64,000 nucleotides of DNA from Candidatus Omnitrophota bacterium (lineage in GTDB: Bacteria; Omnitrophota; Gorgyraeia; Zapsychrales; Zapsychraceae), in NCBI GenBank assembly GCA_018062515.1, contig JAGOSC010000002.1, positions 20,807 to 84,806 on the forward strand, given 5' to 3'. The notes beneath the pieces are model-generated. The model saw only the letters and a list, made by a program, of their open reading frames with translations, was not told where the DNA came from and searched no databases. Positions 18,777-28,748 of this stretch are shown piece after piece; the first letter of the stretch is position 1, and every line of letters starts with the position of its first letter. Both the position numbers and the translations under genes were made by a program.

Positions 18777-19698
18777 ACAGGAGCGCGATATGAGTTTAAT
18801 TACAATCGGAACGGTGGCTTTAGATAATCTAGTAACGCCGTCCGGAAAAAAAGAAGATTTGCTCGGCGGGTCGGCCAGTCATTTTTCGGTCTGCGCCCAA
18901 TTATTTACCCCTGTGCATCTTGTCAGTGTGATCGGAAAAGATTTCCCTAAACAGCATTTAAATTTTCTAAAGAAGAAGGGGATTAATTTAGATTCGGTAA
19001 CTATAGCCGACGGAAAAACGTTTTCCTGGACGGGGGAATATAAAAAAGAAGATTTGAATACGGCGATCACTCACACGACGGTGTTGGGTGTTCTTGAACA
19101 ATACACCCCACAAATAACCGCCGCACAAAAGAAAATCCCGAATGTTTTTCTCGCGAATTTCGATCCGGATATTCAAATGAATTTTCTCAAGCTCATGGAT
19201 AATCCTAAGTTCATAGGTATGGACACAATGAATCTATGGATTGATATCAAAAATAAATCTGTTAAAAATTTAATGAAAAAAGTTCATTTGATGATTGTGA
19301 ATGATCGCGAAGCAAAATTATTGACGGATGAAACAAATTTACATAAAGCCGCGAAAGCGATCCGTCGTATGGGACCCAAAATGGTTGTCATCAAAAAGGG
19401 GGAAAATGGGGTTATGTTTTACAGTGATCTTCATCATTTTGCTTTTTCCGCATACCCGGTTGAAACCGTTGTCGATCCGACGGGAGCAGGTGATTCTTTC
19501 GCCGGAGGAATCATGGGTTATTTATCTAAGTCAGGACGTGTCACGCAAAAAGTCTTACATAAGGCTATTTTATACGCGACGACATTATCCTCTTACAATG
19601 TCGAAGGTTTTGGCATGGCTAAGACTGCCAATTTAACATTAGACGGTATTAATACGCGCCTAAACGAATTACGTAAACACATTATGCCGGTGGGTTAA
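18766..19698 (+). CDS. PfkB-family carbohydrate/nucleoside kinase
   Basis: DPTGAGDSFAGG anion-hole motif and N-terminal GG dipeptide region. Confidence 0.75.
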   Translation: MMNKQERDMSLITIGTVALDNLVTPSGKKEDLLGGSASHFSVCAQLFTPVHLVSVIGKDFPKQHLNFLKKKGINLDSVTIADGKTFSWTGEYKKEDLNTAITHTTVLGVLEQYTPQITAAQKKIPNVFLANFDPDIQMNFLKLMDNPKFIGMDTMNLWIDIKNKSVKNLMKKVHLMIVNDREAKLLTDETNLHKAAKAIRRMGPKMVVIKKGENGVMFYSDLHHFAFSAYPVETVVDPTGAGDSFAGGIMGYLSKSGRVTQKVLHKAILYATTLSSYNVEGFGMAKTANLTLDGINTRLNELRKHIMPVG

Positions 19699-19699
19699 T

Positions 19700-19978
19700 A
19701 TGAAAGAATTTAATTGGATATATATTTCAGGAATGATCGGGGCCATCATCCTGCCATTTTTTAGCGTGCCTCTGATTATTAAAGTGGTTCAGCGCAAATC
19801 ATCCGAAGATATCAGTATGCTTTGGGCGATCGGAGTTTTTACCTGTTTTGTCATCATGCTTCCGTCGGCGTTGACGTCGTCGGATTTAATTTATAAAACC
19901 TACAGTCTTATCAATATCGTTCTCTTTTCCGGCGTCGTCTACGTCACATTAAAATACAAAGGTGGTTTAAAAAAATGA
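19700..19978 (+). CDS. small two-helix membrane protein
   Basis: 92 aa with two hydrophobic helices, tightly packed between the kinase gene and era. Confidence 0.4.
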   Translation: MKEFNWIYISGMIGAIILPFFSVPLIIKVVQRKSSEDISMLWAIGVFTCFVIMLPSALTSSDLIYKTYSLINIVLFSGVVYVTLKYKGGLKK

Positions 19979-20907
19979 AAGAAAGCAAACTAAAGCCCAA
20001 ATTCGGAATGGTTTCCATCGTTGGCCGGCCCAACGTCGGAAAATCTACTTTACTCAATAAAATTGTCGGTGAGAAGATAGCCATTGTTTCCAAAGTTCCG
20101 CAGACTACCCGTAATCAGATCCGAGGAATGTACAATGATCATCGCGGTCAAATTGTGTTTATTGATACGCCCGGTTATCACCCCGGAGGGGACAATCTGG
20201 GCCGTTATATGAATAGCGCGGCAGCGTCGACCATGGATCATGTGGATTGTTTGATTTATTTGGTGGATCCAAGCCGAAGAATCGGAAAAGAAGAAGAAAA
20301 CATGGCGGAGAAGATTAAGAACGTCAAGATTCCGGTTATTCTTGGACTTAATAAAGTGGATATCAGAAAAACCCCGCTCGATGAATATATTCGTTTTTAT
20401 GAAAAGGTCGTCGGAAAACCCATTACTGAAATGACAAATATTTCTCTAGTTGCTTTATCGGGTGAAAAAGGCATTAATATCGACAAATTGCTCGATGTTA
20501 TTTTTGAATATTTGCCTGAAGGTATTCCGATGTACGATAACGATGTCATAACGGATTTGCCGCAAAAAATGGCAATTGCAGATATTATCAGAGAGAAATT
20601 CTTAATGACATTGAAAGAGGAATTGCCTCATTCCATCGGTGTTTTTATTGAACAAATGCTGCCTTCCAAAGGTAATACCATTCATATTAAAGCTTTGATT
20701 TACGTCGAGCGTCCGACACAAAAAGAAATAGTGATTGGCAAAAATGGCGAGATTTTGAAAAATGTAGGCACGCTGGCGCGGGCAGATTTAGAACAATTAC
20801 TAGAGAAGAAAGTATTTTTGGAAACGTACGTGAAGGTGAGTAAACGTTGGCGGGATGACATTTCAATTTTGCAGGAATTAGGATACGACTCTTTAGGCTT
20901 GTCATGA
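19975..20907 (+). CDS. era: GTPase Era
   Basis: G1 motif GRPNVGKST, DTPG, NKVD, and a C-terminal KH domain. Confidence 0.85.
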   Translation: MKESKLKPKFGMVSIVGRPNVGKSTLLNKIVGEKIAIVSKVPQTTRNQIRGMYNDHRGQIVFIDTPGYHPGGDNLGRYMNSAAASTMDHVDCLIYLVDPSRRIGKEEENMAEKIKNVKIPVILGLNKVDIRKTPLDEYIRFYEKVVGKPITEMTNISLVALSGEKGINIDKLLDVIFEYLPEGIPMYDNDVITDLPQKMAIADIIREKFLMTLKEELPHSIGVFIEQMLPSKGNTIHIKALIYVERPTQKEIVIGKNGEILKNVGTLARADLEQLLEKKVFLETYVKVSKRWRDDISILQELGYDSLGLS

Positions 20908-21566
20908 AAACAGCGACGGTGAAGCAAATCCAAAAGTTGGATGCGCTCGCCATCAATCAATATGGTTTTCCGTCGCTGATTTTAATGGAAAATGCCGGGC
21001 GCCGGGTATTTGAAGAAATACAAAAAAAGTTTCGTCCGGCTAATATTGTGATCATTTGTGGGCATGGAAATAATGCTGGCGATGGATTGGTGATAGCCCG
21101 TCATTTTCACGAGGCCGGTATTAAAACTCAAGTGGTACTCGTCGGTCAAGCCAAACAGCTTAAGCCAGATGCATTAGTTCATTATCAGATTCTGAAACGA
21201 CTGAAATATTCAGTTAAAGAAATATCGAATGTGTCGACGAGTTTTTTGACGGTGATCAAAAATGCTGATGTTGTCGTAGACGCTATATTTGGAGTCGGCT
21301 TAAATCGTAATATAACTGACCCCTTTAAAAGTTTTATTGAAGCGATTAATCATCAAGCAAAAAAAATCGTGGCTGTTGATATTCCATCCGGATTGGATGG
21401 TACAACGGGACAAATTTACGGCGTTTGTATAAAAGCCGATTTAACGGTAACATTCAGTTTTGCAAAACAAGGTTTTTATCGACGCTATGGTCCTCAGCAT
21501 ACAGGGAAAATTGCGGTGGTTGATATAGGAATTCCGGGTAAGCTTAAAAGTAAAATAATTAAATAA
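20904..21566 (+). CDS. nnrE: NAD(P)H-hydrate epimerase (YjeF N-terminal domain)
   Basis: LMENAGR plus ICGHGNNAGDG motifs of YjeF-N; 220 aa, so the epimerase domain only. Confidence 0.7.
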   Translation: MKTATVKQIQKLDALAINQYGFPSLILMENAGRRVFEEIQKKFRPANIVIICGHGNNAGDGLVIARHFHEAGIKTQVVLVGQAKQLKPDALVHYQILKRLKYSVKEISNVSTSFLTVIKNADVVVDAIFGVGLNRNITDPFKSFIEAINHQAKKIVAVDIPSGLDGTTGQIYGVCIKADLTVTFSFAKQGFYRRYGPQHTGKIAVVDIGIPGKLKSKIIK

Positions 21567-21570
21567 TGTT

Positions 21571-22233
21571 ATGCCTGTAACGAATCGAAATATTGACGTT
21601 GTCATCGGAAAAATAAGAACGCAAATGAAAGATTTGCCTGATCCGTCGGTGACTTTGGTGGGAAAGAAATGGAAAAGTCCGTTTTTAGTGTTGATTTCCT
21701 GCATTATGAGTTTACGGACCAAAGATGAAACAACGCTTCCAGCATCGGAACGATTGTTTAAACTGGCTAATACACCGGAAACGATGATCAAATTGACGCC
21801 GGGGCAGATTGAAAAAGCGATTTATCCCGTCGGATTTTATAAAACAAAGGCCAAGACCATTCTCGGTATTTGTAAAGATATTATCGAGAAGTTCGATCAT
21901 AAAGTTCCTGATGATCTCGATACATTGATGACGATGAAGGGTGTAGGGCGAAAAACCGCTAATTTGGTTTTGACCGAAGGATTTGACATTCCAGCTATGT
22001 GTGTTGATACGCATGTTCATCGTATTTCAAACCGTTTCGGTTATGTGGAATCCAAATCGCCAGAAGAAACGGAATGGGCCTTAAGAAAAAAGTTGCCTAA
22101 AATATACTGGAAAGACTATAATGCGCTTTTGGTTACGTGGGGACAAAACGTTTGCCGGCCCATATCGCCTTTATGTTCACAATGTAGCGTTAATCAACAT
22201 TGTGCAAAAATAAATGTAACAACGAGTCGATAA
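21571..22233 (+). CDS. nth: endonuclease III (HhH-GPD DNA glycosylase with a 4Fe-4S cluster)
   Basis: HhH-GPD segment LMTMKGVGRKTANLVL and a Cx6Cx2Cx5C cluster at the C-terminus. Confidence 0.8.
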   Translation: MPVTNRNIDVVIGKIRTQMKDLPDPSVTLVGKKWKSPFLVLISCIMSLRTKDETTLPASERLFKLANTPETMIKLTPGQIEKAIYPVGFYKTKAKTILGICKDIIEKFDHKVPDDLDTLMTMKGVGRKTANLVLTEGFDIPAMCVDTHVHRISNRFGYVESKSPEETEWALRKKLPKIYWKDYNALLVTWGQNVCRPISPLCSQCSVNQHCAKINVTTSR

Positions 22234-22311
22234 AAACCACACATACATTTATTATATGTATTGTTGAAATTATTTCTCTAATAGTGTATTTTAAAGCTCT
22301 AAACTAATCCC

Positions 22312-23360
22312 TTGGAAAAAAAGATGAAAATAGGAATCACCTACGATCTGAAAACAGATTGGGTCAAGAAAGATGCTGACCCGACGGACATCAACGCGGA
22401 ATTTGATAAGCCCGAAACCGTGGATATGATTGTGGCTGCTATTGAAAGTGGCGGACATCAAGTCAAGCGCATTGGCAATATTCATCAGCTTATTAAGAGT
22501 GTTAAAGAACTGGATGTAGATTTTATTTATAACATGTCCGAGGGAAAAACCGGCCGTAACCGCGAATCACAAGTTCCGATCATTCTTGAAATGAATAATA
22601 TTCCTTATTTCGGAGCGGACGCTCTGTCATTAGGCATAACATTGGATAAATTGTAGCCAAACAAATTTTTATGGGCGAAAAAATTCCCACCGCGCCATAT
22701 TTTCGAGCTCAATCGACGGATAATTTAGAAAAATTAAATACAATCGGTTTTCCTTTGATCGTTAAAACAAAGCACGAAGGTTCATCTAAAGGAATCAATA
22801 AAGATTCGCGCGTTGAAAACTTTGAGGCTTTAAAACGGCAGGTTGAATTTATTAACCGGACTTATCAGCAGCCCGCTTTGGTCGAAAAATTTATTTCCGG
22901 AAAAGAATTTACGGTTGCGGTTTTAGGTAATCAGTCGCCGATGGCCATGCCGGTGGTTCAGATATGTATTGATGGTGAAGAAGAGTTGAATGAACGGATT
23001 TATACGAATGAACGGATTTATTCCGCTGCACTCAAATATTTATGTCCAGCGAGAATCAGTCCTGAATTAACGAAAAAAATTCAGGAAATTGCTGTGCATG
23101 TTTTTAAAGCGGTTGATTGTTGTGACGTAGCGCGAGTCGATTTTCGTGTCGACAAACAAGGTCAACCTTATGTTCTGGAAATTAATCCTTTGCCGACCAT
23201 GGATAAAGAAGATGTGTTCCACGTGTTTCCTAAATTGTTTGGGCTTGATTTTAACGGAATTTTAAACATAATACTAAATATAAGCCTGGCCCGGTACGGC
23301 CTTATTGATCAAACAGAACAAGAATTGCTGAAACCTTTTCATCAGGAGATAAATGTTTAA
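22312..23360 (+). pseudogene. D-alanine--D-alanine ligase-family ATP-grasp gene split into two ORFs by an apparent -1 frameshift near 22651-22656 (real pseudogene, recoding, or a 1-nt assembly error)
   Basis: ORF 22312-22656 encodes a Ddl N-domain ending in ...LGITLDKL*. Frame 0 continues directly as VAKQIFMGEKIPTAPYF..., which matches the Ddl DKxxTK...IPTAPY junction. The second ORF (22671-23360) is a full ATP-grasp domain. Confidence 0.55.
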
Positions 23361-24529
23361 TGAATCCTTTGGGTGCCATTGACCAAGAATTAGAAATTTC
23401 TCGCCTACCGCTTACGGCTCAAGAAAAAAGAGTCTTGGAGGCTTTTGACGGTGCGACGGAAGCCGATTGGCATGATTGGCGTTGGCAAATCCGTAATCGT
23501 ATCCGTAGTAAAGAGATTTTGGAAGGTATTGTCCATTTAACAAAAAGAGAAAAAGACGGTATTGTCGGCTGCGGAAAAAAATTGACGATGGCCATCCCGC
23601 CTTATTTTGCCGCTTTGATTAATCCGGATGATCCAGCCTGTCCCATTCGTTTGCAAAGTATTCCTCAAGTCGATGAATTAACAACAGCGCCTGAAGAAAT
23701 GGCTGATCCGTGTGGAGAAGATAAAAATTCACCGATTCATGGACTCGTCCATCGTTATCCAGATCGCGTTCTTTTCCTCGTTAATGAAATGTGTGCCATG
23801 TATTGCCGATATTGTACGCGTTCAAGAATGGTCGGTGATGGTGAACGTTCCCTCAGCATGGAATCTTATCAAAAAGCCTTTCAATACATTCGCGCTCACA
23901 AAGAAATTCGTGATGTTTTAATCTCCGGCGGCGATCCTTTAACTTTAAGTGACCGCGTGCTCGAACACATTATCCAAGAAGTAAAATCCATCGAACACGT
24001 TGAATTTGTGAGAATCGGAACAAGAATACCGGTTACCTTGCCTCAACGCGTCACACCTCAATTAATCAGCATGCTGAAAAAATATAGTCCAATTTGGATG
24101 AGTATACATTTTAATCATCCGGACGAAATAACTCCACGTGTCAAACATGTCTGCAATATGATCGCAGATGCCGGAATTCCCATGGGAAGTCAGACAGTTT
24201 TATTAAAAGGTATTAATGATCATCCGGAAACGATGAAGAAATTGATGCATGAACTTCTAAAAATCAGAGTACGTCCATACTATATTTATCAATGTGATCC
24301 GATTTTAGGATCAAAACATTTTAGAACGGACGTCGCTACTGGAATTAATATTATGGAACATTTAAGAGGACACACGACGGGATATGCCGTTCCAACGTAC
24401 GTTATCGATGGGCCCGGCGGCGGCGGAAAGATTCCGATTTCACCGAATTATTTAGTGAAGAAAGAAAAGAATAAATACACCTTACGTAATTTTAAGAATG
24501 ATGAATTTTATTATCATGACCCTGAATAG
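23360..24529 (+). CDS. lysine 2,3-aminomutase-family radical SAM enzyme (KamA family)
   Basis: CAMYCRYCTRS (CxxxCxxC) and KamA-family flanking sequence. The start ATG overlaps the upstream stop (TAATG), indicating translational coupling. Confidence 0.8.
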   Translation: MNPLGAIDQELEISRLPLTAQEKRVLEAFDGATEADWHDWRWQIRNRIRSKEILEGIVHLTKREKDGIVGCGKKLTMAIPPYFAALINPDDPACPIRLQSIPQVDELTTAPEEMADPCGEDKNSPIHGLVHRYPDRVLFLVNEMCAMYCRYCTRSRMVGDGERSLSMESYQKAFQYIRAHKEIRDVLISGGDPLTLSDRVLEHIIQEVKSIEHVEFVRIGTRIPVTLPQRVTPQLISMLKKYSPIWMSIHFNHPDEITPRVKHVCNMIADAGIPMGSQTVLLKGINDHPETMKKLMHELLKIRVRPYYIYQCDPILGSKHFRTDVATGINIMEHLRGHTTGYAVPTYVIDGPGGGGKIPISPNYLVKKEKNKYTLRNFKNDEFYYHDPE

Positions 24530-24545
24530 GTATCGGAGCGTTTAA

Positions 24546-24848
24546 ATGAAGAAGTTAGAAATTATTGTTAGAGAAGAAAAATTTAACGCGGTGATTGAAG
24601 TTTTGGAAGATTCCGGCATCGGCGGACTAACTGTTACCGAAGTTAGAGGTTTTGGAAGGCATCGAAATGGCCTTCAGCCAAAAAGAAAAATTGATATTTA
24701 TGTAGATGAGTTTCAGGTAGATAAAGTGGTTGAAATGGTGCGGCATGTGGCCAAGACAGGATTTACCGGAGATGGTAAGATTGCGGTTCTTCCTCTAGAT
24801 AATATTATAAAAATCCGAACCGGGGAAGACGGCGCTTTAGGTATTTGA
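24546..24848 (+). CDS. P-II (GlnB-like) family signal-transduction protein with shortened T-loop
   Basis: B-loop TGFTGDGKIAV and C-terminal IRTGE match GlnB. The T-loop region RGFGRHRNGLQPKRK is ~12 aa shorter than the canonical one and lacks the Tyr51 equivalent. Confidence 0.7.
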   Translation: MKKLEIIVREEKFNAVIEVLEDSGIGGLTVTEVRGFGRHRNGLQPKRKIDIYVDEFQVDKVVEMVRHVAKTGFTGDGKIAVLPLDNIIKIRTGEDGALGI

Positions 24849-25005
24849 TATAAGTGTTTTATTTTCAATGATTTATAACATTTTAGAAAATTATCATTTT
24901 GACAAAGATCAGTACGGAAAAATCCTTTACAATTTTTCAATCTCGTATATAATACATCCTCACGATTGAAAAATATTAACGGATAAAGGTAGGTGAATAC
25001 ACCCG

Positions 25006-25164
25006 ATGATCGAAGTCAAAGTCAATGATAATAACAGTTTTGAAAAAGCCATGCGAATTTTTAAAAAAGCCTGTCAAAAAGACGGCTTTATGATGGAATT
25101 GAAAGATAGACGTTTTTACAGCAAGCCTTCTGAAAAGAAACGTTTAAAAGGCAAAATTTATTAA
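25006..25164 (+). CDS. rpsU: 30S ribosomal protein S21
   Basis: 52-aa ORF MIEVKVNDNNSFEKAMRIFKKACQKDGFMMELKDRRFYSKPSEKKRLKGKIY, which matches the S21 pattern. It is missed by the ORF track because it is below the 60-aa cutoff. AGGTG lies 10 nt upstream. Confidence 0.8.
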   Translation: MIEVKVNDNNSFEKAMRIFKKACQKDGFMMELKDRRFYSKPSEKKRLKGKIY

Positions 25165-25217
25165 TTTAAATGATTATTTGCGGTCTTTCAAAATAATTAC
25201 CTTAAGGGACGCAGTTA

Positions 25218-25760
25218 ATGCGTCCCTTATTTATTTCTGAGGAAAATATGCCCAAATCAATTGCGTTATTAGTCGAAGACCAATATCAAGTCCTTGAAGT
25301 CTGGTACCCTTGGCTGCGTTTAAGAGAAAATGGTATCGATGTTCAATTCATCGGATCCGGAACAAAGAATGTTTATGGCAGCAAGGAAGGATATCCGGTC
25401 AAAGCAGATAAATCTATTGCTGATGTTCGCGCTGATCAATTTGACGGCGTGATTGTCCCCGGCGGGTTTGCCCCGGATTTTATGCGCCGGGTTCCGCGCA
25501 TGGCCCAGTTTGTCCGTGAAATTTATGATCAAAATAAAATTGTCGCGGCGATTTGTCACGGAGGTTGGATGCTGGTTTCCGCGGGAATCCTAAAAGGCAA
25601 AAAAGCGACCAGTTTTTTTGCGATTAAAGATGATTTGATTGCGGCTGGCGCAGAATGGTCTGATCAAGAAGTTGTGGTGGATCGAAATCTTATCACTGCA
25701 CGAAAACCGGAAGATTTAACCGCCTTTACCGTTGAAATCATTAAACAATTAAAAATATAA
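25218..25760 (+). CDS. DJ-1/PfpI-family protein
   Basis: Nucleophile-elbow AICHGG and overall PfpI layout; 180 aa. Confidence 0.75.
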   Translation: MRPLFISEENMPKSIALLVEDQYQVLEVWYPWLRLRENGIDVQFIGSGTKNVYGSKEGYPVKADKSIADVRADQFDGVIVPGGFAPDFMRRVPRMAQFVREIYDQNKIVAAICHGGWMLVSAGILKGKKATSFFAIKDDLIAAGAEWSDQEVVVDRNLITARKPEDLTAFTVEIIKQLKI

Positions 25761-25799
25761 TCCAAGCTAGCCCACAAAACATTTTCCAAACGTATCATC

Positions 25800-27356
25800 A
25801 TGCTTAAAGTCCACCGAATACTCATCAGCGTTTCCGACAAAAAAGGTTTAATCCCTTTTGTTAAAGGATTATCCGAATTGAATGTCGAAATTATTTCGAC
25901 TGGCGGAACAGCCAAATTAATCCGCGAAGCCGGCATTGCTGTTCAAGATGTGTCCGAATATACAGGTTTTCCGGAAATGCTCGACGGCCGAGTCAAAACA
26001 CTTCATCCCAAAATTCATGGCGGTTTATTATCCCTTCGTGATAACGCCGATCACATGGAACAAATCAAAAAACATGGTATTGGTCTTATTGATATGGTGG
26101 TGGTGAATCTTTATCCTTTTGAAAAAGTTACCCAAAAGAAAAATGTTCATTTAGAAGAAGCGATTGAAAATATTGATATCGGCGGACCATCCATGTTGCG
26201 TTCCGCGGCCAAAAATTACCGCAGCGTCGCTGTCGTTTGTAATCCTGATCATTACACGAATGTTTTAGATGAACTTAAACAGAATAATGGATTATTGCCG
26301 GATTCAATATTGTACAAACTAGCCGTCGAGGCCTTTGAACATACATCGCGGTATGATGATATCATTCAGAAATTCTTAAAGTCACGTCTGACAGGTTCTG
26401 ACTTTGATTCTTTGCCGGCCCAATACGAACAGAAATTTGAAAAGTTGCAGGTTTTGCGTTACGGTGAAAATCCCCATCAAAAAGCGGCCTTATATAAATC
26501 CGGCGCTGAAGCCTATGGTTTAGCGAATATTCATCAATTACATGGCAAAGAACTTTCATTCAATAATCTCTTAGATTTGAACGCGGCCATTGAATTTGTC
26601 AAAGACTTTAAAGACCCGGCAGCGGTCATTATTAAACATAATAATCCGACGGGTGTGGCGGTGGATGAATCACTCGGGGCAGCATATAAACAAGCTTGGG
26701 GCTGCGATCCTGTTTCGGCTTTTGGCGGAATTATCGGTCTAAACCAAGTTGTCGACGAGGAAACGGCGGAGTCGATTAGCCAAAGCGGTTTTATGGAATG
26801 TATCTTAGCGCCCAAATTCAGTCCGAAAGCAAAAACTATATTGGGTGTAAAAAAGAATTTAAGATTGATCGAATTTGATTTTAAAAAAATAGTCAAAGAA
26901 CCCTTTGATATTAAAAAAGTTTACGGCGGTTTACTTCTTCAGGAAAAAGATGAGCGTGTTCTAAGAACGGAGGATTTAAAGATTGTAACCAAGAAGAATC
27001 CGACACCGTCACAGCTTGAGGCGATGTTGTTCGGCTGGCATGTCATCAAGAATGTAAAGTCTAACGCGATTCTTTTGATTAAAGACAAACATACCGTCGG
27101 TATTGGTTGCGGCCAGACATCGCGCATAGAAAGTCTGCAGACGGCCATAAGTAAAGCCGGAAAAAAAGCCAAAAATTCAATCATGATTTCCGACGCGTTT
27201 CTCCCCAAGACCGATAATATTGAAGTGGCGGCTAAAGCCGGAATCACGGCTATTATTCAAACTGGCGGATCTATTGCTGACAAAGAAGTTATAGCTGCCG
27301 CCGACCATCACAAGGTGGCGATGATTTTTACATCGGTAAGGCATTTTAAGCATTAA
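25800..27356 (+). CDS. purH: bifunctional AICAR transformylase / IMP cyclohydrolase
   Basis: MGS-like N-domain ISVSDKKG...STGGTAK and an AICARFT C-domain; 518 aa. Confidence 0.85.
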   Translation: MLKVHRILISVSDKKGLIPFVKGLSELNVEIISTGGTAKLIREAGIAVQDVSEYTGFPEMLDGRVKTLHPKIHGGLLSLRDNADHMEQIKKHGIGLIDMVVVNLYPFEKVTQKKNVHLEEAIENIDIGGPSMLRSAAKNYRSVAVVCNPDHYTNVLDELKQNNGLLPDSILYKLAVEAFEHTSRYDDIIQKFLKSRLTGSDFDSLPAQYEQKFEKLQVLRYGENPHQKAALYKSGAEAYGLANIHQLHGKELSFNNLLDLNAAIEFVKDFKDPAAVIIKHNNPTGVAVDESLGAAYKQAWGCDPVSAFGGIIGLNQVVDEETAESISQSGFMECILAPKFSPKAKTILGVKKNLRLIEFDFKKIVKEPFDIKKVYGGLLLQEKDERVLRTEDLKIVTKKNPTPSQLEAMLFGWHVIKNVKSNAILLIKDKHTVGIGCGQTSRIESLQTAISKAGKKAKNSIMISDAFLPKTDNIEVAAKAGITAIIQTGGSIADKEVIAAADHHKVAMIFTSVRHFKH

Positions 27357-27374
27357 TGGCTTTGGAGGCCTGAC

Positions 27375-28748
27375 ATGACTTTCCAAGAAGCCCGCATCTA
27401 CCTCAATTCATTCATCGATTCCGAACAATCCCTTGATCAATTAACAAATAAAGCCTTTAAGCTTGAACGCGTGTTTCAAGTTTTAAATGCATTAGATAAT
27501 CCGCATAAAAAATTGAAAGCCATTCACGTCGCCGGATCTAAAGGGAAAGGCTCAACGTCGACGATGATAGCTCATATTCTAAAAGAAGCCGGCTATAAAG
27601 TCGGTTTATATACGTCTCCACATATTCAATCCTATAATGAAAGAATTCGTATTTTAAGCCATGAGGCGCCGACCTCGGCGAACATGCTGTTTTCGGATTG
27701 TATATCTGACCAGCAATTAGCCGAGAGTTTGACGTCTATTTGTCCCATCATTGAAAAATTTAGAAATGACCCCACGCTGGGAGCGTTAACATTCTATGAA
27801 GTATTTACGGTCTTGGCTTTTTATTTTTTTGATCAGGAGCAGGTTGATTTTGCAGTTATTGAAACGGGCTTAGGCGGACGATTGGACGCGACTAATGTAA
27901 TCGATTCTATGATTGCTGTCATCACGCCGATTAGCCTCGAGCATACGCATATTCTCGGTGACACATTGGACAAAATTGCTTTTGAAAAAGCAGCCATTAT
28001 TAAAAATTTTCAAGATGCAGTTATCGCGCCTCAACCTCCAGCGGCAAAGATTGTGATTTTTGAACATTGCGAACAATTTAAAATTAAACCGGTCGATGTT
28101 AGTCAGGTGGTTGATTTTCAAGAAATTAAACAAGATTTGAACAGTCAAACAATACAATTAAGGACGACGGAAAAGGTTTATCAAAATTTAGAAATTGCGT
28201 TATTGGGGCAGCATCAAATCTGGAATGCGGCTACGGCTATTATCGTCGCCGAACGGATAGGGAAAAGAGGATTTGCGGTCAATATGGATGCCATTTATCG
28301 AGGATTGAAAACGGTATTTTGGCCAGTGCGTTTTGAGGTAATCAGAAAAAATCCTACCATTATTTTAGATGGTGCTCACAATGAAGATTCGATGTTACAT
28401 CTAGTAAATACGGTATCGTCTTTATTTGGTGATCAAAAAGTTCATCTAATATTCGGTGTATCGAATGACAAAAAGATAAAAGAGATGTGCACCGCGATTA
28501 AAAGTGTTTCTCGACGGGTGTATATCACAAAGGCGGATCATAAAAGGGCGTATCATTTTAGTGACGATGAATTAAGTAATATTTTTTTTGACGTAGATAT
28601 TGTTAAAACAAACACCGTCGCTGAGGCATTGCGGGCTGCTCAAGACGATTGCTCGCCGGAAGATATTATTTTGATTACGGGATCAATCTTTTTGGCCAGC
28701 GAGGCTAGAAGTTTACTCTTAAGTAGGACCGACTATGTATCAATATGA
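27375..28748 (+). CDS. folC: folylpolyglutamate synthase / dihydrofolate synthase (Mur-ligase family)
   Basis: P-loop HVAGSKGKGST and Mur-ligase middle and C-domain arrangement. Confidence 0.8.
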   Translation: MTFQEARIYLNSFIDSEQSLDQLTNKAFKLERVFQVLNALDNPHKKLKAIHVAGSKGKGSTSTMIAHILKEAGYKVGLYTSPHIQSYNERIRILSHEAPTSANMLFSDCISDQQLAESLTSICPIIEKFRNDPTLGALTFYEVFTVLAFYFFDQEQVDFAVIETGLGGRLDATNVIDSMIAVITPISLEHTHILGDTLDKIAFEKAAIIKNFQDAVIAPQPPAAKIVIFEHCEQFKIKPVDVSQVVDFQEIKQDLNSQTIQLRTTEKVYQNLEIALLGQHQIWNAATAIIVAERIGKRGFAVNMDAIYRGLKTVFWPVRFEVIRKNPTIILDGAHNEDSMLHLVNTVSSLFGDQKVHLIFGVSNDKKIKEMCTAIKSVSRRVYITKADHKRAYHFSDDELSNIFFDVDIVKTNTVAEALRAAQDDCSPEDIILITGSIFLASEARSLLLSRTDYVSI

